This document shows positions 29,936-44,624 of a stretch of 64,000 nucleotides of DNA, one piece after another. A program made the translations under genes and the position numbers. Below the pieces are notes generated by a model. The model did not search any database. It was not told the DNA's origin and saw only the letters and a program-made list of their open reading frames with translations. Source of the stretch: Octopus vulgaris (Eukaryota); assembly GCA_951406725.2 (NCBI GenBank), contig OX597832.1, positions 37,262,001 to 37,326,000 on the forward strand, in the 5' to 3' direction. Within the stretch, counting starts at the first letter, position 1. Each line of letters opens with the position of its first letter.

Positions 29936-30255
29936 TTTTTAAAACAAAGAAAGATGAAGAGCAAAAATAGCTGAGCAAATGTGAAAGAAGTCAGAATCGT
30001 TTTATATTCTGATGAAGATACGAAACTGAAAATTATAAAATGTAGGGAAAGGTGATTGAGAGGCATTCATGCTTTTCCTAAGGAAGGATACTATTCAAAT
30101 AAAGTGACTTGAATCGAGAATTGTTGCTGGACATCAGTTCAGCATCTTCTTGGTTCTTTCAGAGAGAAATGGCTTAAAATATTTATAGACTCACACTATC
30201 TCTGAAGATCTCTTAGTGAATATACATATACCACACACACACACGAGTGTGTGTT

Positions 30256-30317
<62 letters not shown>

Positions 30318-30744
30318 CGTGCGTGTGAAGAATTATTTCCGCAACATGAATGCTTGAACATGGCTTCTTCATCGGTGTTTTTTCGTCTGTTTACTGTATC
30401 CTGTCTCCATAAGCATGTTTCTAGTATAAATTACTAAAACTATTCTATATATATAATTATTTTACGATTTAGTGCGAGAAGAAATGGAAATGCCTATGAT
30501 ATTTTTTATAGAGATGTATCGGCAAATAGATTTCTGCTGAAAAACGAAACGAAACTTTTAGAGAGTTTTTCAATGAAGTTTTCCTGCCGAGAAGACCGGA
30601 ATAACCGTTCTTCAAGATGAAGGCAAGAGCTGGTTTCATAAATGCACATAACCTGAAGTCAGCTAATCACATGTCAGGTCACTCTTTAGCGCTGTAACCC
30701 AATACAACCTATCACACATACACACTCACATACATACACATACA

Positions 30745-30905
30745 CGGCGGGTTTCTTTCAGTTTCCATCTACCAAATCCACTCATTAGGCTTTGGTTGGC
30801 CTGAGGCAGTACTGGAAGACACTTGTTCAAGATTTCACGCAATGGGACTGAACCCGGAACCATGTGGTTGTGAAGCAAGCTTCTTACCACACAGCCACGC
30901 CTGCA
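30745..30905 (-). mobile_element. SINE family B, 5' part
   Basis: gcaggcgtggctgtgtggtaagaagcttgcttcacaaccacatggttccgggttcagtccc on the minus strand. Confidence 0.85.
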
Positions 30906-31591
30906 GTTTTTATAAATTCCCTGAGTAAGCATTCAGAAAGCATCTGCACAAAACTTGGAGTCGGCATAAACGGTTGAACTCTGATCATTTTTCTTTGCAG
31001 GTTTTAACAATGGTACCTTTGTTAGACCTGACTTCATATATAGTACTCTGTCTTTCTTTCTTATGGAGTCGATAAAAGAGAACTAAACACAATAATTTTT
31101 AAATTCTTCATCGTGTTCATAAACGCATTCATAGATGCTATAATTAAATACGAGAGAAAATATACACATGGAATAATTTAAGCAAACATTGGATTTAATA
31201 TTCGAATATATATACAAACAACATTCCATATGATGTTTACAAATACACATTTATTTACTAACAGAAATAAATGTGTGTGATAAAACACTCAAACACACAA
31301 AAAGATCATCATACACAAGGACACACACACACACATATATATATACGTACTGCCAAACGCGAATATGCATTCTAGCGAAATCATTTGCCCGAATATATAC
31401 ACATTTCGCTATTTACATTACACTATAATGCATAATATTATATGTAACCATGTACGCAATCATTCGTGTAGTGTGTGCATTACATACATGCATACGAGCA
31501 CATGTATGGCAGCCCTACACCCGCCCCTTCACCGACGCCCGCTGATTCGCATACATAAAAAAATATACTTACGAATACAGAAATGTAAACA

Positions 31592-31693
<102 letters not shown>

Positions 31694-31839
31694 GCAAAAG
31701 TAAATTTTTTTGCGTATTTCGGTATATAAAAATACAGATATATGCTCAGAGGTTTATTGTAAGTCAAAACTAAAAAGTGATTATTTACGCAAGTTATATA
31801 TATATATATATATACATACATGCATATATATATACATAC

Positions 31840-31889
<50 letters not shown>

Positions 31890-32250
31890 CATACACATAT
31901 ATATGTATGTATATATATATATATATATATGTATACTCACACAGTGTATATTACATATCATATCGTAAATATTGATATTTATATACGTATGCAAGTATGT
32001 ATATATGTATGTGTGGGTGTGGGTGTGCGTGTGCATGTTTATATATTAAAATATATTTCATAAATCGCATATCTAATAAATATTATGTATATCAAATGTA
32101 TCTATATATGCGTATACATTTATAATTACATAGTTAATATTTATATATATATATATATACTTCTCTCTCTCCCCCCCCCTCTCTCTCTATATATATATAC
32201 ACATCAATATATATTTATATATACTTATCTATTTATAAATATATATATTT

Positions 32251-32296
<46 letters not shown>

Positions 32297-32504
32297 CATT
32301 CATATATATACACAATGTACACACATACACATGAATACACATACACACACACACACAGGCACATATACGCACGCTCACATCACACGCACATGCACACACA
32401 CACACACACACTAAAATACATATTTACTGGTTAAAATACATTGCTCACGCCTAACCCTAGTGAGGCAGTAATGGTCATGATGATATAATAATAATAATAA
32501 TAAC

Positions 32505-32583
<79 letters not shown>

Positions 32584-33098
32584 GGAGCGATATTAATAAT
32601 AATAATAATAATAATATATACATACATGCTTCACTTGACTTCTATTGATCCAAGACAATTTGTTCAAATAATGAATATTGTGTTTTAATTATTCATTTCA
32701 TTTCACAAATAACAAATAAGAAATAAATGAAGAGCAAGTATTTGGTAAACAATAAAGCATGAAACGCCATATGAGAACAACAACAACAACATTAATAACA
32801 ACAACAAGGAAGAAGCACCTCCCCCGAACAACACAAAGGCCTTCAAAAACACAACGTCAGTGACATCAAGAAAAAGCTTCAAGAACCATAAAACTACACC
32901 CATGAACATATACATATATGTATATATATATATACATACATGCATACATATATATGTATGTATGTATATGTATTTATATATACATAAATATATTTATACT
33001 CATATGTCATTACATATACATACATATACTTATACATATATATTTATATATATAAAAGTGAACATACATACGCATGCATATATAATACACAGACACAT

Positions 33099-33150
<52 letters not shown>

Positions 33151-33832
33151 GTATATATATACATATACATATATATTTATATATTTATATGTACATACAT
33201 ATATATATATATAAATATATTTATATATATGTATATTTATATATATTTATATATATATTTATATATATGTATATGTATGTATGTATGTATGTATGTATAT
33301 ATATATATATATACATGATTTACCGGCAAAAATACATAAAAACCAAATATTAATGTACGTACACAAGCGAGTGTGTCTATGTATGTATGCATGTATGTAA
33401 GTATGTATGTATGTATGTATACGTATATACAAGTATATATATATATATATATATATATATGAACAGACATATGTATATATGGGTGCGAATAAATGTATAT
33501 GAATGTATATACGTATGTGTATGTATATATGTATATATATATATCCATCTGTATGCGTGCAGCGTGTGAAACTCCGCCCATCTTTTGGTTATTTTCAATA
33601 GTTTCATTAATCCTCCATTACTATATTAATTTGTAGATTTAATTTTCCTTTCCCGCCTAATTGTCGCTTCAAGCTTGGCTGGCAACGCCATTATTGGGAG
33701 AAGGTCAGAGACAAACACAGAATCATAAAGACACATAGACAACAAACACACAAAAAAAGAAACTCGGGTAGGTGATGAGGTAGTTCTAAGGAGGGGTAAC
33801 TATATCCTCCACTTAACACCCCTTAATCATAC

Positions 33833-33848
33833 CTGCGGTGTCCTTCAT
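33833..33848 (-). CDS. candidate alternative first coding exon MKDTA+G (phase 1)
   Basis: attATGaag start after an A-rich leader; donor CAG|GTATGA; 5 codons + 1 nt. Confidence 0.4.
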
Positions 33849-34315
33849 AATTGCATATTTATTTTTTTTTATTTTAAAAATTTTGTTTTGATTATAACTT
33901 TTATTGTTTTCGTCTTTTGTTGTTTCGTTTCCCATCATTGACTTCGGTCTTGATGTTCTTCATAGTCTTGGGTGGTTTTATAAGTGTTGTTGTTGCTATT
34001 GTTATTGTTGTTGACGCCGTTGTTGTTGCTATTGCTGTTGTTGTTGTTGTTGTTTTTAAGGTTGATGCTATCTTCCTAGTTGTTGTTGTTGTTGTTGTTG
34101 TTAGCCTGTTATATCATCCCACCGAGGAGTACAGCCCCAGCTCGTCGAGGGAGTCAATAAGCCTTTAAAAAGTCCTTTAAAGAGTCCTACGATATCTCAT
34201 AGAAAGAGCTGCAGAACAATAACTAAAAAGCAATGAATACAGGCGCACACAAATTTTTATATATATATATATGTATGGATATATATGCATATACATACAC
34301 ACTGACATATATATA

Positions 34316-34375
<60 letters not shown>

Positions 34376-34515
34376 CATACATATATATATATACATAGAT
34401 ACATACATACATTTATGCATATATATATATATATATATATACGTATACATAGATACATACATTCAAATATATTTTCACACATACGTCCTCCACATATACA
34501 TACATGCATACATAC

Positions 34516-34548
<33 letters not shown>

Positions 34549-34598
34549 CATACATATTACATAGGCATGTATTAATTTATACATGCTTATGTAACATG

Positions 34599-34641
<43 letters not shown>

Positions 34642-35377
34642 TTATGTATGTATGTATATATACGATATACGCACACTAACATGTATATACGAGTTTTTTG
34701 TACGCAACAAAAGTATATATCCCTGATGAGTTATAAATCTTCTATTCATCTGAATGTATATATGTGTAAGTGTGCATGAATGTATGTATGCATATTTGCA
34801 CACACACACACACACACACACATACCATGTGTGTGTATGAATGTCTGTGCCTGGTTTGGTAAGCCATATGTGTGCTTGTATTCGTGACTGTATGTCGCGT
34901 TACTATGTGTGTCATACGCTTGTGTATTCTCTATAGAAGTTTCTTTATTAAAAACAAGTTGCATATATATGTATGTATATATATATATATACATATATGT
35001 ATGTATGTATATAAGCCAAGTAGAACTCCACCGGACGGTGGAGGTTAGATTTCTAAAAGCATAAAATTAAGAAATAAAAACAAGAAATTAATAAATCAAC
35101 AAATATATATATATATAAAACAAGTAAAGAAAAACAAATCGGGTCGGAAGCGGAGATGTGTGATGGGTAATAAAAAATAACTGTGTGATATTGAATTGTC
35201 AACCATGTTGGATACATCGTGATGTCCCCAGTCTTTAAGAGAGGAACTATATTAACCAAACAAAAACACACACACACACACACTCGCACAAGCACATGTA
35301 CATACATAATTACGTACGTACATACATACATACATACATACATACATACATACATACATAAATGCATGAATACATAC

Positions 35378-35403
35378 ATACATACATATATGAGTCTATG
35401 TAT

Positions 35404-35455
<52 letters not shown>

Positions 35456-35481
35456 ATACATAGACTCATATATGTATGTAT
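35378..35481. repeat. (TA)n-centred palindrome including a unique 10-mer
   Basis: tatatgagtctatgtatacacac...(TA)n...gtgtgtatacatagactcatata. Confidence 0.85.
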
Positions 35482-35550
<69 letters not shown>

Positions 35551-35700
35551 GTATGTATATATATGCAGATATGCACAAATATATGTATCTACACATGTAT
35601 ATATAAATATATCTATATACATATATGCATACAGAGATACGTTTGTTTATGTGTATGCCTATGTATATATGTACGTGTATATTCATATTGAGGTATGAAC

Positions 35701-35799
<99 letters not shown>

Positions 35800-36412
35800 A
35801 TATATATGTGTCTATGTCAATGTATTATGTATATGTGTATGTATGATATATATTTATATAATACATGCATAATACATATACATACATATATACATACATA
35901 CATACATACACACACATATACATACACATATACATACACACACATGCACAACATTTTACTGCAATTATATTGATAAGTGCAGTCGGTGAGACAACAATAA
36001 TTTGTGATGACGCGTCATACAATATTTGAAATGTAAATATTATTTGACCGGCTGAGAAAGAGGGGTGGAGGTGATGAAGTGGGCGTTGTTAGAAGGGGTA
36101 ACGTTCTTAGGGACGCTCTGTAAGAATCGTATTTCCGTGGGTACCGGAATCGGTGCGGGGAGAGAATGAGAAATGAGAACAGATTGAGGATATATAAGAC
36201 AGAATGTGCGGAAGATGATTAGAGAGAACGAAAGAGACAACGAGAGATAGGAAAACGTGAAAGTCAAAATAGGCATGCGCATTTGAAACCCGGTTTGTAA
36301 AGCAGAATATTCGATAGGGCCCATGGTTAAGTTTTTACGTAACTCTCATTCTATTTCCCTTCTCCTGTATATGCTTGTGGTACACACACACACCCACACA
36401 TGCTCACCCACT

Positions 36413-36449
<37 letters not shown>

Positions 36450-37409
36450 GCACACACACACATACACAAGCATACACACTAGCGTATAATTTGATGGAGA
36501 TGCACTTGCATGTAAACATATTGAATTACAAAAAAATGTTCATAAACACATACACCCATATTCACACATATTCCTGCAGGTACACCAACAGGCACTCTTT
36601 TGTCATTAGAAAGCACAATTATCTCTCACATATTTAGTCAGAGGCCGAACATGTGAGTTACCCATATTTTTTTCCTGGCTCTCGCTGTTCTTTTCTTGTC
36701 TCTTTTTCCAATTGGATAATTAAATCTTTGCTCCAAAATGCTTTACTTTTTCACTGAAAATTATGTACTAATCTGATTCCAAATCAATTATTTGTGGGAG
36801 AAAATCATTAGGTTTGTTTTTTTTCGATAATGCTCTATGAGTATAGAAAAACGACCGAAAGCCTTCCATGAGGTTATTAGTTTAGACTTTGCTGACACAT
36901 CTATTGTTATAAGTTTCTAGATTTTATATTGTAGATTTTATGTTTATTACATAAATTCAACAGCTTAGTGTTGATAATACTCTGATGACGGATTTATTTA
37001 TTATGCATTAACAATTAGAGCCTTCCTAAAAATCTCATTGAGCTAATTACAAAATCTGAAATTACTGTTGATACTAACTTCAAAATTATTACTTCTTAAG
37101 TATTTCTTTAAATTTAGGAACCGATAGTAATCTATTTAGAAATAAAGGAAAATTACACTGTACAAATAAAATTCTAAAGATTCTAATCCCGTTTCTTTTA
37201 TATATAAAACAAATGTAATTAAATTTATTGGCACACGTTTATATAGTATCTCACTTGAGAGAACTTCCTTTAACAAAGTAATCACTTCTTATGCAGAAGC
37301 ATCAAAATTCTGTGGTTATAAGGAAAAGAATAATCACGTGTGCAAAAAAGCTTGTTCTAAAATCTCTATAAAAGATGCAAGTAGTTCTTATACCGAAAAG
37401 GAGTGTTAA

Positions 37410-37531
37410 CACTTCAACATGGCTGTTCCGTACGGACACAGGTTGTATCGTTAACCAGCAGAAGAAGATGTTCTCCTGGGGTTAAAAAAAAGTAGTAACG
37501 TCATTCCGTACGGAACAGCCATGTTGAAGTG
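37410..37531. mobile_element. 122-bp MITE with perfect 27-bp TIRs, piggyBac-like
   Basis: TIR cacttcaacatggctgttccgtacgga at 37410-37436 and its reverse complement at 37505-37531; TTAA on the left (37406-37409), gcaa on the right. Confidence 0.7.
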
Positions 37532-37859
37532 GCAACAAACATTACTTTTCAAAGAACCACATAAATATAGCATTGTTATGTACTTTGTTATAATCCTCGA
37601 TCCGGTCACGCCTCAGTTCGCGCGCAAGTAGAGCTAAACATTTTTTTCATTTATAATTTCTCCTTATAATTCTCTGTATTCTTCTCTTTACACAAATACT
37701 AAATAAATATAATGTTTGTGAATTCTATAAAAGTTGCTGTTACTGTTGCTGTTACAATAGTTGTCCTCCAAACGACTTATTTGAGAAGATTTGGTACATT
37801 TTTCTTCCATTTAATCAGTGCTTTTCAACTAGGGTCTATGTTACCCCCGGGGTGGGGGG

Positions 37860-38010
37860 GTCCACATAAGTATTTGACTGGTACTTATTTTAATCGACCC
37901 CGAAAAAATGAAGGGCAAAATGGACTTCAGCGGAACTTGAGCATGAATCCGAAAGAAATGCCGCCAAGCATCTTGTCCGGCGAGGTAACCATTTTGCCAG
38001 CTCGCTGCAC
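37860..38010 (-). mobile_element. SINE family A, diverged
   Basis: actggtacttattttaatcgaccccgaaaa..tgaagggcaaa. Confidence 0.75.
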
Positions 38011-38017
38011 TGCCATT

Positions 38018-38070
<53 letters not shown>

Positions 38071-38343
38071 TTTTTTGTGTGGGTCTTCTTAGGATTGCTT
38101 CTTCGTGTTGATTTTGTTGTTGTCTCTGCTGTTGAGTGACTGTAAAAGTTTTTGTATGTCAGGCAGGGATGAACATCTGTTGGCTACCTGTTCCAACAGG
38201 GTCTTTGCTGCTCGGCCGCTTATATCAATAAATACATTCCAACCCGAAAGATAGTCCTACTGCTGCATAGACAAGGGAAGGGACCACCCAAAGCAACAAC
38301 AGTAACAATAGCAATAACAATACCGAAATACACACACACACAA

Positions 38344-38416
<73 letters not shown>

Positions 38417-38504
38417 AAACAAAGACAATAGATATGTGTTCGTGTGGTACGTGTGTATGCAGATGTGTATGTATTTGTAACAATGGAAATAACAAAGCAA
38501 AAAT

Positions 38505-38557
<53 letters not shown>

Positions 38558-39430
38558 CCTGTCTGCTATAGGCACAAGGCCTGAAATGTTTTTGGCAAGG
38601 AGGATAGTCGATAACATCGACGCCAGTGTTTGACATCATAATGATGATGATGATGAGGAGGAGGACGACGATGACGACGACGATGATGATACACAAAATG
38701 TCTTATTTCTTACATATGTTAACATGTGTATTATAAGATTCTGTCCAGAAAGAGCAAGAGCAAGAACAGCAAGAAGTGTAACAACAACAGCAATTACCTA
38801 AGTAAATGCAGCTGCAACAAGGAACGGGATAAAAAAGAAAAAAAAAGAATACGATACAACAGTAACACAAAGACTATTGCTACTACCACCACCACCACCA
38901 CCACCACCACCACCACCACCACCACCGCCGCCGCCACCACCACCACCGCCGCCGCCACCACCACCACCACCACTACCACAACCCTGCCGCTGCTGCTGCC
39001 AGAAATAACAACAACAACACTAACATCAACAACATAATATCAGCAAGATGGCGAATATAAGCAACATTTAAAAAAAGAAACAATAAATGCAGTACAAGAA
39101 AGAAGAGCCGTAACTGTAGCAAAAATGCCTACTACAACACCACTAATAACAACACCACCAACCCCACCATAGTCACTAACACCAGCAGCAGCAACAACAA
39201 CAGCAACACCAGTATCAATAACACTCCAACCCCACCACCATCACCAACACCGTCAACAACAGCAGTATCAAGAAAGACACTCCTAACACAATCATCAAGA
39301 ACAATGCCAATAACAACAGCGTCAACCACAATAATACCAATACTGACACCATGTGTCAATGTCAGAATGTCCAGCTTGTGTTCGATGAAAGAAATAAACC
39401 TTTATAAAATCTCTCCAAACAATTGCTTTA

Positions 39431-40020
39431 CACTGGCCAGCAAAAAATTATGTTTCTCTGTTGTCAAAATTTGGACCCGAACTAGGAATTTTTTGACACA
39501 CGGAATCCGAAATGACATCTATATATTATCATCACGTCAAGATTTTAAGATCCATAAAATTTCATTAAAATTTTTTTTATTAAATAAAACAGGTTATGAA
39601 GAACAAAACATAACATGTACATAGAAATTAGTTTTTCTTCAAAGTCAAAATATATTTTTAAAAAAATTCTACTGAAAAACTAGTAAAAATCTTAAAATTT
39701 CTACAAACAAATTACAAAATTGTTTATGTTTAATTTCTCATGGATGGTTCTCTTGAGTGCTGAACCTCAAGGAAGGTCACGAACCAAGTTCCAGCAATAG
39801 CCTACCATCATGTACAAATCTCATCTGCCTTGATACCTTTGTTCCATTGATTTTTTTATCCTGATAGAAACGTTTTCCGTGCCCGTCACCAACATTTTCA
39901 AGGAATTTACCAAAGTGATTGCCGAAATAGCACAGCTCTATGTCCATATTTGCTCCTAACTTTTGAAAGTTCTCTAGCATAACGCAATTCATTGAATTTA
40001 CAAAGTTCCTATTCTCCATC
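39431..40020 (-). mobile_element. Chapaev3-like (CMC/Transib-related) DNA transposon 3' end, decayed transposase
   Basis: MLENFQKLGANMDIEL..NHFGKFLENVGDGHGKRFYQD..EQRYQGR..MMVGYCWNL resembles the LGxNMSxKxHFLxSHLDxFPxNLGxVSDEHGERFHQD..RYQG..MxADYCW motif; terminus CACTG at 39431. The family label is from recall. Confidence 0.65.
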
Positions 40021-40500
40021 AGTTTCTGATTTGAGGCCCATCAAGACAAGAAAATGACAAGAAATGGCTGTTGGAAAAATACAAAACAAACAAAAAATAC
40101 CCCCCTCCCCCGCCAAAAAAAAACAAAGAATCAAAAACAAATCGTACGTCTGTTACTCAGAGAGATTAATTAGTGACTCATTGCAGATAGAATGGTAAGC
40201 GATTTACCAGTTCTTTCCCCGACTCTTGTTACAATGACGTGTTTAGAGGAATCCTTTGACGTTTCACAAGTAAAATTAAATCAGTTATTATGAAGTAGAT
40301 TCACATGATTATTGGATATTCTAACTCTTTAGTAAGATTGGCCATCTTTTACTATAGTAAGAGATGACCAATACATGAATTGGTTAAATATTACAGGAAA
40401 ATATATTATTGGGAAACCGAACGAGTGAGGGCTGGAACTATTGTGGTTCTGTCTAGAAATGGTATTGTAGTAATTCTTTCTTCTTTAGGTATAAGGCTTG

Positions 40501-40682
40501 CCGCTACGTTCTGCCGCTACGTTCTGAGTTCAAATTCCGCCGAGGTCGACTTTGCCTTTCATCCTTTCGGGGTCGATTAAATAATTTCTAGTTACGCACT
40601 GGGGTCGATGTAATCGACTTAACCCGTTTGTCTGTCCTTGTTTGTCCCCTCTATGTTTAGCCCCTTGTGGGTAGTAAAGAAA
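40501..40682 (+). mobile_element. 5'-truncated long-tail SINE A with 15-bp TSD
   Basis: taggtataaggcttg at 40486-40500 and 40683-40697. Confidence 0.9.
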
Positions 40683-41096
40683 TAGGTATAAGGCTTGAAA
40701 CTTTTGGTGAAGGAGAATAGTTGATTACATCGATCTTAGTGCTCGACTGGTGTTTATTTCATCGACCTCCCGATAGAATAAAAGTCAACCTGGGTGACAT
40801 TTGAACTCAAGACGTATAGGGTTGGGATATGCCGTTCAGCATTTCGTCCCAGAGTGCCGATGATTCTGCCATTCCGCCACCATAAAACTTATTGTAATAA
40901 TCCTTTTTACTACAGGAAGAAGGCCTGACTTCTTGGGGGAGGGGACTAGTCGGTTTCATCGACCCCAGTGCTCCACTGGTACTTGTTTTATCGGCCTTCA
41001 AATGAGACATTTGAACTCTAGACGGAAAGGCGAACGAAAAAATGCCGCTAAACATTTCGTCCGGCGTGCTAACGATTCTGCCATCTCACCAGCCTA
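40683..41096 (-). mobile_element. two tandem SINE A copies (about 40683-40883 and 40903-41096)
   Basis: Reverse-complement matches to the head and body. Confidence 0.8.
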
Positions 41097-41396
41097 AATG
41101 GTATTGGAACAATAAATCCCTTACTCCGCCATCCAGTGTATGTGTCTAGGTTTATGTATGTATGCGCGCGAGCATACACATACTCATACACGCATGCACA
41201 CACTAACACACTGACACATACACACAAAAACAAATTTACACACATACACACACACACACTCACGGACACGCACAAAGACAAGCACACATATATACACACT
41301 GGCATATTGACAGATACACACACACACACTGACGCATGCACAATTACAAACTTATACACACACTCACAGATACACAAAGACAAACTTACACATACA

Positions 41397-41452
<56 letters not shown>

Positions 41453-41808
41453 ATCTCTCTCTCGCTGTCTCCTTCCCTCTCTCTCTCTCCTCCCTCTTTC
41501 TCTCTCCCTCCCTATATCTCCTCTCCCCGCTCTCTCAGACAAACTTTTCTAATCGTATCTGGACTGAAAAAAACCTAGGCACGATTTTCTAATTTCTATT
41601 TCTTCCATTTACTGCTCCTCCTAAGTTTTACATTTATTCCATTTATCTCATTTTTATGCTTATATATTGTTTTAGCGAATCTTTCGACTCGCTTCTATAT
41701 CCATTTATTCGTTTCTAGTTCATATAAGTAGCAGATGTTTTCAATCTTATGCGTCTCCTAATGCGCCTATGTATATCTGCGTGCATGTGCATGTGTGTGT
41801 GTATGTGA

Positions 41809-41839
<31 letters not shown>

Positions 41840-42047
41840 TTTGAGTGTGTGTGTGTGTGTATGTGTGTGTATATCAATATGTGCGTGCATATACGTGTTA
41901 CTATTGTTCGTATGCCTGGGTGTGCCTGGCTCTCCAGCTCCCTCTCAGCTGATTGCCAATAAATGAGACATAAGTCTCTGTATGAAACACAGCAACATCA
42001 ATACTAACAACGATAGCAGCAGCAGCAGCAGCAACAACAGCAACAAC

Positions 42048-42079
<32 letters not shown>

Positions 42080-42344
42080 GGGTGACTGCCGTCAGCTATG
42101 AATAAGTAAAACAACAATATATGTAACTATTTTGTTGCGATAGCAACCAATTATATTCATATTTACAAACTAATTACACTAATTATATTCATATTTGTTA
42201 TTGTTAATTTTGAAACAATGATTGTAGTGTAAGATATACACTTACACATGTGTATGTATGTATGTATGTATGTATGTATGTATAAAAATACGTACGAACA
42301 TACAAATTACATACATTTTAATATAAATATATATATATATATAC

Positions 42345-42560
<216 letters not shown>

Positions 42561-42729
42561 TTTGATTATAATCACCCCATTTGATTTATATGGATAATAC
42601 CATACCAATTTCTGGTACCTTTAATCTTAAGTACCATATTCATCTGAATCTAAATTTTTTCTGAACTGATATATATATATATATGTACTGATATATATAT
42701 ATATATGTATATACATATGTGTGTGTGTG

Positions 42730-42869
42730 TTTGTGTCTGTGTCCCCCAACCGGTGTTAGTGTGTTTACATCCCCGTAACTTAACGGTTCGGAAAAAGCCA
42801 CTGATAGAATAAGTTCTAGGTCTACAACAAATAAGTCCTGAGAGTCGATTTCTTCGACTCAAAACCCCC

Positions 42870-42951
<82 letters not shown>

Positions 42952-42985
42952 GCAGTCAAATGACTGAAGCAAGTAAAAGAATAAA
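42730..42985 (+). mobile_element. SINE family B 3' part interrupted by (CT)n/(TA)n
   Basis: gtgtttacatccccgtaacttaacggttcgg...gtcgatttcttcgact...gcagtcaaatgactgaagcaagtaaaag. Confidence 0.75.
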
Positions 42986-44205
42986 CCGCATATTTATTCG
43001 ATCTTTACCCACAGACTTGTTTGGAATTTTAGGAAATGGAAAAGGAACATTTTAAAATACGAATGTTATAAAAAGATAACCTCTAACAATTACCCGTCTC
43101 TTGTGTCTGCTACCGTTCCACTACAAAGAAAACCAGTCAACTGAGCAGGATACAAAAACCTGTCACCCCTACAGGAGTAATTTTAGATATAAAGTATCCC
43201 TACCACAATCTTTACCCTGTTGTTTTTAAAGTCATTAAGGGGGGCTATTAAACCAACAAATCTATCTACACGCACGTACATACACGTATAGATTTATGCA
43301 ACACTAATGTACTTACATGTGTGTATACATACATATTTATCGAAACATACACTCGCACTTTCCATTCTCATGATGTATTCCCATTCATGATATTTCTCAC
43401 ACGAAAGCTACAATCACGTTCGTATATGAATACTTCCTATTTATATCCATCTATTTGGAATTATGAGTTTATGCTTAAAAAGGAATTTAATTCTATAAGA
43501 TAAACTTATAAGGTTTGTTCGTACCTACCTGCATAGATCTTCACATTTGCGATATGTCTATTCGCGTCTAATAATACCATTACAGAAATACTTTCAATAT
43601 TGATTCTATAATTACACATTGTATGTGCATATACATTTATAAATAATGATAAATACATCGATCCAATAGTTGTTACACTTTTAACCAAACGATTTATACA
43701 CATTCAGACTATAATGAAATTACATCACACACACATACACAATCATACATACATTTATAATATTAATAATAATAATAATAATAATTATTATTATTATTTA
43801 TTTCCCTTCATTTATTTATTTTTTCTCATTTGTATCTCTAATTCCCTGTTCCTCTTTGTCAGTAGAATACTAAAAGTAGTATTTCGGTCTGATATAAAAT
43901 GTGGACAGTTCATATAAGTGATATCTATCATTATATATAATTTATAAAATAATTTTCTCCTTACATTTCACATTCCCTAGATATATCTTTTTTCCAAGAC
44001 TATAGGGTTTTATTTAATATACATATAGTCATATACTTCTCATTTATTTAGTTTTTCTTTCCTTTATCCCCCCTCTTTCTATAGCCTACCACTGATGTTA
44101 TATCCTATAACGTTTTTATGAAACAATCTTAGCAGCGTCCATTTAATCACTATACATATCCATCATTTTCTGTTAAAATGTCTTATTGATGAGTTTCATT
44201 TCTTC

Positions 44206-44294
44206 ACTTCCCTGAAGAGAAGATTACTTTGTTTTACACCATATTATTCCTTTGGAATAAAACCAGTGATATCTTCGAAACATGTGTCGGAAGT
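44206..44294 (+). ncRNA. type I hammerhead ribozyme (Penelope/retrozyme-type, minimal stem III)
   Basis: Stem I acttcc/ggaagt; core CUGAAGA (44212-44218); stem II gaagat/atcttc enclosing an extra ttattcc/ggaataa hairpin; GAAA (44277-44280); palindromic ACAUGU stem III; GUC cleavage triplet ending at 44288. Confidence 0.8.
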
Positions 44295-44555
44295 AAAAGA
44301 ATTTGAATAACACTTGCGTTTAACTTCATTTATTTATTTATATATATTATACAAAATATTTCATGTAAATCCGAAATTTCTACCTTTAAAAACACTCTGC
44401 GCATCTCCCCCCCCAACCCACCCCATCACTCCTTTCTATCGAAGAGCGTAGGTTTGAAATATCAAAGACTTTTCCATTTTTATCAAGCGTCAAACTAATA
44501 CACCTGCTTGTTGTTCCCACACCTGTCTCTCGCTTTTGCTTTCTGCACATTTGAA

Positions 44556-44623
<68 letters not shown>

Positions 44624-44624
<1 letters not shown>

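Noticed and set aside
30000-30040. CTGATGA...GAAA hammerhead-like spacing
   Set aside because: No pairable stem II and no UH cleavage site with a matching stem III.
38070-38300. Possible further Dong N-terminal relic (LVYAA...PCWNR...DIQKL, minus strand)
   Set aside because: Similarity is too degenerate to support, and the adjacent repeat is in the opposite orientation.
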